64,000 nt of DNA from a virus. Numbering within the stretch: position 1 is the stretch's first letter; the number at the start of each line of letters is the position of its first letter. The notes under the pieces are model-generated. The model searched no databases. It saw only the letters and a program-made list of their open reading frames with translations, and was not told where the DNA came from. The position numbers and the translations under genes were made by a program. Location: positions 1-64,000 of IMG/VR virus record IMGVR_UViG_3300021197_001787. One strand, written 5' to 3'. Shown here one piece after another: positions 57,141 to 64,000 of the stretch.

Positions 57141-57829
57141 TTTTTCTCCTTGTAATATCTAAATTCATGTCCGTGCAACTTAAGCCTTGGGCCAAATTTA
57201 CCTATAGCTGTTGCTCTTATAACTCTTTCTAATTGTTGTCGTGATATTTGATTATTAATCACTTGTAAGTTGTCAATGTGTTTAATTCTTCCGACTTTTT
57301 TTGACCACTTTATATTTTTATTTAACTCAACATATTGCTTTAAGATAATTGGGTCATATCTTGTAATAGTGGTGACCAAATCATAAAAAGCTACCAGTTG
57401 TTTCATATGTACTCTAGGTAATAGAGTTTCAATTGAATCACCGGGCATTATTGGTATTTCATAAACTTTAATTATTTCACCATTATCAATAAATTCATTT
57501 AAGAAGTGTATGGTAATACCAGTTGTTTTCTCATTATTGTAGAGTGCCCAATTGACACATCCGGACCCCGGGTAGCTAGGTGAGCCGGGATGCAGGTTAA
57601 TGGCAGCGATAGAGGCATTGTCTAATAAACTTTTTGGAAGAATATAATAAGATTTCATGTGAATGATATAATCGCCTTTCCAATTGAGATACTCAAGCGG
57701 TAATTTATCGCGCCTATTTTTAGAAGACTTGAGCCAACTAACGTCAAAGCCACACACATTTAAAAACTCATTGGCCTTTTGACAGTATTCACAATCCTCA
57801 AAACCAATAAACAAAACTTGTTGTTTCAT
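57137..57829 (-). CDS. Sugar N-formyltransferase (formyl-THF dependent)
   Basis: AINLHPG..YPGSGCVNWAL..TGITIH..IDNGEII. Confidence 0.82.
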   Translation of the reverse strand: MKQQVLFIGFEDCEYCQKANEFLNVCGFDVSWLKSSKNRRDKLPLEYLNWKGDYIIHMKSYYILPKSLLDNASIAAINLHPGSPSYPGSGCVNWALYNNEKTTGITIHFLNEFIDNGEIIKVYEIPIMPGDSIETLLPRVHMKQLVAFYDLVTTITRYDPIILKQYVELNKNIKWSKKVGRIKHIDNLQVINNQISRQQLERVIRATAIGKFGPRLKLHGHEFRYYKEKK

Positions 57830-58434
57830 TCTCTCTTAAATCTTCCTTGCTTAAAAACATCCAAAGTGGTCAAATCGACCCAATCAGTATAAACCCATTT
57901 CTTGGGAGGAGTTTCAATAGCAGCAGGAAGTTTTTGTAAACCCAATTCAGCAGTCTCCGGGGTCATATAATAATGATAACCAATCGTTTGTATATTTTGC
58001 ACAGACCATGATTCATCAGGGCTTCTACCATCATACGACATTTTCTTTAGAATGTCGTAATCTTCTTTATTATCAAATAAAATAATCCCGCCGCGGCCAA
58101 GACTTAGGTGCTTCCTAAATTGAAAACTAACACACATATACGTGCCGGGAATATAACTACCTGCCTGCCAATATACAGCAGCATCAACAATGTCATCAGT
58201 CATATAATAGTAATCCTGCCACTCGTCATCAGTCCATTCAATCTCTAAATCTAATTTCTCTGCTAACATGGGAACAGAAAGATAAGTGTGCTTTGGCACA
58301 GTAATCTTTTGTGCACCTTTCATTCGTAAACAAAGTTCCAAACCATGTGTACAACAATCTACTGCGACCGCGTATGGGGCCCCGAAGAACTTTGCTATCT
58401 CTTTCTCAAAATCGGCGATTACTTCAAATGACAT
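57826..58434 (-). CDS. Short DegT/DnrJ/EryC1/StrS-family PLP aminotransferase (202 aa)
   Basis: FEKEIAKFFGAPYAVAVDCCT, DAA, SFQFRKHLSLGRGG, GYHYYM. Confidence 0.78.
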   Translation of the reverse strand: MSFEVIADFEKEIAKFFGAPYAVAVDCCTHGLELCLRMKGAQKITVPKHTYLSVPMLAEKLDLEIEWTDDEWQDYYYMTDDIVDAAVYWQAGSYIPGTYMCVSFQFRKHLSLGRGGIILFDNKEDYDILKKMSYDGRSPDESWSVQNIQTIGYHYYMTPETAELGLQKLPAAIETPPKKWVYTDWVDLTTLDVFKQGRFKRE

Positions 58435-59390
58435 TATAGCTCCTTAATATATTCTATAAGTTTCTTAGCCATATGGTGCCATGTATAGTTGTTGATGGCT
58501 GTATCATAGGCTGTTTCAATGACCCGGTTCATTTCGCTTTCATTATTCAAATAATAATCAAGCTTTTCATCAAAATCACTTAAATCATTATTAAATATAA
58601 CACAATTCACACCATCTGTAAAGTAATCTTCGTACTGCTCGGGCATATTGTTGCAAAGCAGTAGAGTCTTTGAGAGCATAACCTCAAAGTATCGAGGACT
58701 AACATCTAAAACCGGGCCAGTTGTACCGAGCCACATTTTACACTCATTAATTTTCGTAGCATATTCTTCTGTAGAATTAATCCTATATTCCATTGTGTTG
58801 CTTGAGTTCCAGAAGATATTCCGTTCTCGTTGAATTAATTTATTGTAGACTCTTTCACGTAAGTTAGCAGTGGGTCCTTGAATCTTCTGGCGGCCGTCAT
58901 TCTCTTTACCATGTAATGCACCGCTAAAACCTATATCATATTTCTTTTCCACTTCACGTGGGTAAAATAATTTTGGAGCTGCGGTAAAGGGGAGTCTGAT
59001 TGATTTAATTCCTGTTTTAGCTTGAAACTCTTTGTATGTACATTGAGAATCGACAATTAAATCAACTTCATTATCCTCACAAAAATCTAGTTTTTTATTC
59101 AGCATAGTTTGAGGTTTGTGAATCATACATACAACAGGAATGTCAACTGTATTCAATCCTTCAATTACATTGAAAAAATCAGGATGACTTTGTGCAAAAT
59201 ATCCAAGTCCAAATATTATACAGTCAACACCTCCATCAATTTGAGATAATATATCATTAATATTTGTCGGTACACCCTGCAATAAATAAACCTGTGCTAA
59301 TAATTTTAGCTCTCTAAATAAATCTCCATAATATTGGTACGTGTGGTCATCAGATACAACGTTGCCATAATCTATATAGAGGATCTTCAT
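58434..59390 (-). CDS. Glycosyltransferase, CgeB-like / GT-B C-terminal domain
   Basis: YDIGFSG, PRYFEVMLSKTLLL, YFTDGVNCVIF, NYTW. Confidence 0.75.
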   Translation of the reverse strand: MKILYIDYGNVVSDDHTYQYYGDLFRELKLLAQVYLLQGVPTNINDILSQIDGGVDCIIFGLGYFAQSHPDFFNVIEGLNTVDIPVVCMIHKPQTMLNKKLDFCEDNEVDLIVDSQCTYKEFQAKTGIKSIRLPFTAAPKLFYPREVEKKYDIGFSGALHGKENDGRQKIQGPTANLRERVYNKLIQRERNIFWNSSNTMEYRINSTEEYATKINECKMWLGTTGPVLDVSPRYFEVMLSKTLLLCNNMPEQYEDYFTDGVNCVIFNNDLSDFDEKLDYYLNNESEMNRVIETAYDTAINNYTWHHMAKKLIEYIKEL

Positions 59391-60280
59391 CTAGAGTTAT
59401 CCTTAACACCCGGTGCGTAGTCTTGTAGGTGCCGTAGAGCACCTTGAGCATGGTAGCCCTCATCAACGGTCTTAAAGTCGTAGATATCGTCAGCATAGTG
59501 GATTAAATAGAACAAACTGTTAACGTCATTATCTCCCCAACGGTACTTGTAGATTCCTCCATATTTATTGACTGCATTAATCCATTGTTTCCACTCCGGA
59601 GTCTCAAACATACTGAGTCTTATAATATATGAATCCGCACATGGGTAAAAATGAAAATTCGTGTCGGCATCAGGATCGGTCATCAAGTCTTGCATAAATT
59701 TAGACTTTGGTGTCACATTATAATGCTTAAGATAAACTTTAATAAAATTCCAAAGGTTAATACGTGTATCAAAGTTTCCTTGATGCGGCTTTTTAACAGT
59801 TTGATCGTAGACTTTCATAGCCGCCATATCAACATCTTTCATATCTTCCATTCTTTCAAAAAAGTCGTAGGGCATATCATCTGTAAATTGTGATTCGTCA
59901 TCAATATGTAATGAATAATCGTAAAGATGGTAATCAGTGTTTGGGTACCCATGAAAATTACACATAAAATGACACATATGCAAGTAGCCTTTGCGACTAA
60001 TTGGGAATTGTGTGCGCGCGTACCATACATCGCTCCTGTTATAGAACATTTCATCTTCTTTAATAAAACTTGGAGTTTCATATGGAATTGATCTAAAAAT
60101 AACATTTTGGCCCGTTGTACCTACAACTTCTTTTTGTAATTCTTCCGAGTCATAAATATCGTCAAAATAATATACATACACAGGGTAATCGTATTTATGA
60201 TTATATCTCTCCCACACAGATTGTAAACAAGGTTTCAGGCATACAGCCCTTGACGAGATTACGTTAATACAAGCTTTCAT
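59387..60280 (-). CDS. GT15-like (Kre2/Mnt1-type) mannosyltransferase
   Basis: GYLHMCHF (cf. SYRHMCRF), YSLHIDDES, GGIYKYRWGD (cf. GFFYERWGD). Confidence 0.68.
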   Translation of the reverse strand: MKACINVISSRAVCLKPCLQSVWERYNHKYDYPVYVYYFDDIYDSEELQKEVVGTTGQNVIFRSIPYETPSFIKEDEMFYNRSDVWYARTQFPISRKGYLHMCHFMCNFHGYPNTDYHLYDYSLHIDDESQFTDDMPYDFFERMEDMKDVDMAAMKVYDQTVKKPHQGNFDTRINLWNFIKVYLKHYNVTPKSKFMQDLMTDPDADTNFHFYPCADSYIIRLSMFETPEWKQWINAVNKYGGIYKYRWGDNDVNSLFYLIHYADDIYDFKTVDEGYHAQGALRHLQDYAPGVKDNSR

Positions 60281-61191
60281 TATTCTACTCCTTCTACATA
60301 ACTTAAAGCAATGGCGCCATCGTTAGCACTACAAAGTGTACCAATGTCGCCGGTTTTTATATATTTTACAAATGATTTTAATTGAAGTTCAAGGGCATCA
60401 GTTCTATCAATATCAAGTGACTGAATGCTGTACCCCTCAAAATTTTCATTATTGGTAAACATATCAACTTTCTTCTTAAGAAGGTCGATAGCAAAATATC
60501 TTTCATTTGTTAATATTTTTATTTTTCTTTCTCTGAAAGGGAACAACCATGAAGTTCTTACAGTCGCAAGGGCCCCATCAAAAAATTTAATTATGAATAC
60601 TGCATCGTCATCGTTGTCATTAATATTATTAGAATCAAGACTATAGCATTCTTTTATTTTTGATTTGCTAATCAAATTCATTAAATCAATATCATGTATA
60701 CTCAAATCTAATTTAACACCGACGTCTGTTATTCTTGAGGGGTACCCACTAAATCTGGATGCTTCAATATGAATGATTTTCTCATTCTTCAAGAAGGGTA
60801 ATAACGCTTGGATTGCAGGGTTAAATCTTTCAATATGGCCTACAACTAATTTGCAGTTATTCTTATGAGCTAACAAATACAAACTTCTTGCTTCTTGACT
60901 GTTTTTAGCTATGGGTTTCTCAACCAATAGATTAATTTTTTCATTTAACAATCTCTCTGCAACTTCAAAATGAGTTGAAGTTGGGGTTGCTATTATGGCA
61001 GCATCAAGGGTGTGGTTTTTTATTAAGTCTTCAATATTATCATATTGCTGAATACTAGACAATTCATCTAAATTATTATTTACTGGGTCTACAATTGCCA
61101 CTAATTCAACTTCAGGTGTATTTCTTATTGTTTTAAGGTGGTTGCGGCCCATAGAACCTAAACCTATTAATGCAATTTTAAGTTTATTCAT
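60280..61191 (-). CDS. Gfo/Idh/MocA oxidoreductase (WbpB/WlbA-like NDP-sugar 3-dehydrogenase)
   Basis: GLGSMGRNH, IATPTSTH, VEKP, VGHIERFNPA, DLSIHDID. Confidence 0.85.
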   Translation of the reverse strand: MNKLKIALIGLGSMGRNHLKTIRNTPEVELVAIVDPVNNNLDELSSIQQYDNIEDLIKNHTLDAAIIATPTSTHFEVAERLLNEKINLLVEKPIAKNSQEARSLYLLAHKNNCKLVVGHIERFNPAIQALLPFLKNEKIIHIEASRFSGYPSRITDVGVKLDLSIHDIDLMNLISKSKIKECYSLDSNNINDNDDDAVFIIKFFDGALATVRTSWLFPFRERKIKILTNERYFAIDLLKKKVDMFTNNENFEGYSIQSLDIDRTDALELQLKSFVKYIKTGDIGTLCSANDGAIALSYVEGVE

Positions 61192-62321
61192 TTTATTTCC
61201 ATAACGTCTACGACACGATGTATCTCTTCGTTTGTTAATTCAGGATATATTGGCAAAGCCAAGACTTCTTTGCATGCTTTCTCAGTAACGGGAAAATCTC
61301 CCTCACTATAACCGAAGTGTGATATACATCCTTGAGTGTGTATTGGATACGGGTAATAAACATTACAACCAATTTTAGAGTTATTTAATCTTTTTCTAAT
61401 ATTGTCTCTTTTAGAACTTCTAATAACATACTGATTGAAAACGTGGTAACCTTCTGATAAAACAAATGGGGGCAAAGGGCCTTCAGCCAGCGGTTCAAGA
61501 TTTTTATTTAAACGCGAATTATATTCTTGAGCATTTTCGTTTCTTTGTCGTGACCACCACTCAATATATCTTAACTTAACATTTAATACGCCGGCCTGTA
61601 AAGCATCAAGCCTAAAATTACCACCGATATGTTCATAATGATAAGGATTCTTCATGTCAATACCGTGCTGACGGGTTCTGAGCATCTTTTGATATAGTTC
61701 TTCACTATTAGTGGTTACCATACCTCCATCCCCATACGCGCCTAGATTTTTAGCAGGGAAAAAACTAAAGCAGCCTGTATCACCCATCGAACCTGCACGT
61801 TTGCCCTTCCACTCGGCCGCCACTGCTTGAGCAGCATCTTCAATAACTTTAAGATTATATTTTTTTGCAATACGATTAATTTCATCCATATTTGAACACT
61901 GACCAAAAAGATGGACAGGAATAATAGCTTTTGTTTTTTCTGTTATTGCTTCTTCAATTTTAGATGTGTCAATATTGAAGGTTTTTTCGTCAATATCAAC
62001 AAACACCGGTGTACCACCCATCCGTATGATCGCCTCTGCAGTTGCAAAAAAAGTAAATGGGGTTGTGATTACTTCGTCGCCGCAGCCGATCTGCAGAGCG
62101 ATTAAGGACATTATAAGTGCATCAGTGCCTGAACTACAACCAACTGCAAATTTAGTACCGCAAAAATTAGCAAAATTTTCTTCAAATTGCTGTACAACAG
62201 GGCCATTCACAAAACGCTGTGAATCAATAATTGATTCAACTACCGGTTTTATTTCGTGTTTAATAATCTCATGTTGACGTGTGAGATCTAATAATTTAAT
62301 TTCATCCATTAATTTTACCAT
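61188..62321 (-). CDS. DegT-family aminotransferase (WbpE/WlbC-like)
   Basis: SSGTDAL, TTPFTFFAT, PVHLFGQ, EDAAQA, FSFFPAKNLGAYGDGG, NFRLDALQA; true start may be the ATG at 62309. Confidence 0.92.
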   Translation of the reverse strand: MVKLMDEIKLLDLTRQHEIIKHEIKPVVESIIDSQRFVNGPVVQQFEENFANFCGTKFAVGCSSGTDALIMSLIALQIGCGDEVITTPFTFFATAEAIIRMGGTPVFVDIDEKTFNIDTSKIEEAITEKTKAIIPVHLFGQCSNMDEINRIAKKYNLKVIEDAAQAVAAEWKGKRAGSMGDTGCFSFFPAKNLGAYGDGGMVTTNSEELYQKMLRTRQHGIDMKNPYHYEHIGGNFRLDALQAGVLNVKLRYIEWWSRQRNENAQEYNSRLNKNLEPLAEGPLPPFVLSEGYHVFNQYVIRSSKRDNIRKRLNNSKIGCNVYYPYPIHTQGCISHFGYSEGDFPVTEKACKEVLALPIYPELTNEEIHRVVDVMEIK

Positions 62322-63198
62322 CTATAAAGTTATAATATTTTTGACATACTGAATTCATGTCAAACTGTTCATTTTTGTGCCATGTATTTTGGGTCTTGAG
62401 TGAGAAGTCCATCGGCGGTGGATTATATAGCTCAACGGGGCTATAATCCCAAGTTTTCTCTTCAACAATTATAGCATTTTTACCAGCAATTTCTTTAGTA
62501 CCGCCGGCACTAGAGCATATAATTTGACAACCACTGGCCATGGCATCTACTACTACATTCGGACAATGATCCAACCACGCTAAATGAATAAAATATTTAG
62601 ACGCTTTATACAGTGAGAACAATTTCTCTGTTGATAACTCACCGACATAATGAACTCTATTATGAGCTTGCTTGTCTTCTACCGTGCCGGCTACTATGAG
62701 TCCATCGTTTGGCCCAGAATGTTCTATAAAATACCTAATATTTTCATTTAGTCTTTTGTGTGGGCGCCATGATGAGGCACAAGACCAGATATTTTCATAT
62801 TTGTCAATTTTAATTTTTTCAACAGAATTAATTAATTCTAAATCGGCACCATTATGGATAATCGCATAATTATTATGTGGCCCAAAATATTTAAAAGTCA
62901 ATTCTTTATTGAAATTAGATTGAAATATTACACCGGCTGCTGATTCATAAGTTCTTTTAATATTTGAATTTTGGGCAGCGTAGTCAAAGGCGCTGTTAAA
63001 GTATATGCCGTCGAGCCTTTGGAATAGGGGGGCATTGTGTGTGGTCCTACCAGACTCAATAAAACATAGGTAGGCATCCGGCTCGGGGGTGTTATTGATC
63101 GTGACCCCACAAGACGGCATATACTTAAACAGCTTCTGACCAAACGAATTTGGGCCAGAGTTCGAATTTAAATTAACATTTTCTAAAACTAAATTCAA
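62302..63198 (-). CDS. GT4-like glycosyltransferase
   Basis: IFQSNF, IHNGAD, WRPHKRL, DHCPNVVVDAMASGCQIICSSAGGTKE. Confidence 0.8.
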   Translation of the reverse strand: MNLVLENVNLNSNSGPNSFGQKLFKYMPSCGVTINNTPEPDAYLCFIESGRTTHNAPLFQRLDGIYFNSAFDYAAQNSNIKRTYESAAGVIFQSNFNKELTFKYFGPHNNYAIIHNGADLELINSVEKIKIDKYENIWSCASSWRPHKRLNENIRYFIEHSGPNDGLIVAGTVEDKQAHNRVHYVGELSTEKLFSLYKASKYFIHLAWLDHCPNVVVDAMASGCQIICSSAGGTKEIAGKNAIIVEEKTWDYSPVELYNPPPMDFSLKTQNTWHKNEQFDMNSVCQKYYNFIDGKING

Positions 63199-63857
63199 AA
63201 TTCATATCCGTATAATTCAATTTCATCGCGATATATTTCATGAACAATAGACTTCATAACACCATTGCCAATATTATAATAATTATTATATTCCGGAAAA
63301 CGATCATTGCTCTTATTGATTGACGGTACATCTATATTTTTTAAGTCAAACTCGCACATTTTACTTAAAGTTTTTAAATCTTCTGTCATATTTTCATAGC
63401 GACCACAAAAATCTATTATTTGCTCACCATTTTTATGTGTGTAATAAGCTTGTGGTCTTAAATGTCCATCAAGTTCGTAATTGAGCAAATCTTCTTCCCA
63501 CAGCCACTTGATTAAGCTTATAAAAAATCTAAATTTAGTTATTTTATCGTCACCTTGTAACATGTGACCACAATTATTAATCTGATGTTCAAAAATTGAC
63601 ACGATTCTATCCCACGGATTTCTAACAAACGTAAAAGTCAACAGATCATCTTTGGACAGTTGATATTCATCTAAAGTGGCATGTTGTAAACTAATGCCTT
63701 TATTTGTAGCAAATTTTGAGTCAGAAAAGTGAGGTATTCTTTGGCCACTAGAAATTGATTTTTTTAATTGAGCATCGGTAGTTCTTCCTGCTGGTAAAAC
63801 ATCGGTGATTGACGTGCCACCAGTTCGCGGAATGTGAAGAAATAGGTAAGGTTTCAT
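63195..63857 (-). CDS. Sulfotransferase family 2 (PAPS-dependent carbohydrate sulfotransferase-like)
   Basis: 5'-PSB FLHIPRTGGTSI and 3'-PB FTFVRNPWDRIVS; HLRPQ, GRYE. Confidence 0.85.
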   Translation of the reverse strand: MKPYLFLHIPRTGGTSITDVLPAGRTTDAQLKKSISSGQRIPHFSDSKFATNKGISLQHATLDEYQLSKDDLLTFTFVRNPWDRIVSIFEHQINNCGHMLQGDDKITKFRFFISLIKWLWEEDLLNYELDGHLRPQAYYTHKNGEQIIDFCGRYENMTEDLKTLSKMCEFDLKNIDVPSINKSNDRFPEYNNYYNIGNGVMKSIVHEIYRDEIELYGYEF

Positions 63858-64000
63858 AATTCTATTCTCTTATATGGAGTTTTATTTCTAACTTCTTGAG
63901 CAGTATTAAACTGTTCTTCTTGTTTAATTTTATCAACATTCAAAGGATTGACTCTGTTATAGACATGCATAACCTCTGGAATATAGATTGCTCTTTCTGC
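63854..64000 (-). CDS. Partial CDS (C-terminal 48 aa), probably GT2-like glycosyltransferase
   Basis: AERAIYIPEVMHVYNRVNPLNVDKIKQEEQFNTAQEVRNKTPYKRIEL*; stop overlaps the next start (ATGA); family call rests on the IP.V..VYN..NPLN tail only. Confidence 0.5.
   Translation of the reverse strand, partial: AERAIYIPEVMHVYNRVNPLNVDKIKQEEQFNTAQEVRNKTPYKRIEL

Larger units (their letters stand above)
1..64000 (-). other. Segment of a large (probably jumbo) contractile-tailed bacteriophage genome
   Basis: gp6-like and gp25-like baseplate genes, M23 tail peptidase, gp55-like sigma factor, primase and Mre11/Rad50; single coding strand; very dense packing; bacterial SD sites and sigma70 promoters. Confidence 0.9.

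Noticed and set aside
275-63143. All plus-strand ORFs in the track (60-137 aa, e.g. 4631-5014, 8882-9280, 24027-24440, 26815-27228, 27409-27759)
   Set aside because: Each lies antisense within a longer motif-bearing minus-strand gene, lacks SD or recognisable motifs, and has shadow-ORF composition
1-64000. Alternative genetic code (stop-codon reassignment, as in some large phages)
   Set aside because: TAA, TAG (e.g. primase, gp25-like) and TGA all end genes at positions coupled to the next start, and very long ORFs are intact in code 11
1-64000. Giant eukaryotic virus (NCLDV) or cellular origin, suggested by the Mre11-Rad50 fusion and glycan cluster
   Set aside because: gp6/gp25 baseplate genes, M23 peptidase, gp55-like sigma, SD sites and sigma70 promoters point to a tailed bacteriophage; no housekeeping genes seen
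1-64000. tRNA, rRNA, CRISPR array, integrase/transposase, intron or intein
   Set aside because: Intergenic gaps are too short and contain no cloverleaf or repeat-spacer pattern; no intein or homing-endonuclease motifs noticed in primase, Mre11-Rad50 or the giant proteins (by-eye check only)

Overview
This 64 kb window is a segment of a large tailed bacteriophage genome, probably a T4-superfamily-like myovirus with a contractile tail and likely of jumbo size. Every credible gene lies on the minus strand, densely packed, in the standard genetic code, with Shine-Dalgarno sites. Reading in the direction of transcription (right to left) there are four blocks. (1) A ~17.5 kb glycan-biosynthesis island that runs off the right edge: GT2/GT4/GT11/GT15-like/CgeB-like glycosyltransferases, a sulfotransferase, Gmd and Fcl, a second Fcl-like enzyme, a C-methyltransferase, a SAM methyltransferase, three SDR epimerases, a Gfo/Idh/MocA dehydrogenase, two DegT aminotransferases, an N-formyltransferase and a short UDP-glucose dehydrogenase. 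(2) A gp55-like sigma factor with small neighbouring genes. (3) A ~37 kb baseplate/tail block: OB-fold plus M23 tail lysin, gp25-like, gp6-like, a 3860-aa LamG protein, and 2157-aa and 1259-aa proteins. (4) A replication/repair block: RuvC-like resolvase, FKBP PPIase with a helix-extension-helix tail, primase and a single-chain Mre11-Rad50 fusion, interspersed with three unrelated proteins that share an N-terminal M(K/N)IT(K/E)S(Q/K)LKQ(I/L)I(K/L)EEI leader. I found four sigma70-type promoters upstream of non-structural genes, a recurring CTAWTTA motif upstream of structural genes (candidate late promoter), one intrinsic terminator, and an apparent strong excess of GCCGGC/GGCGCC. I found no tRNA, CRISPR array, intein or mobile element. 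All family calls come from motif recognition by eye, not database searches; host, taxonomy and novelty cannot be established from this window alone.
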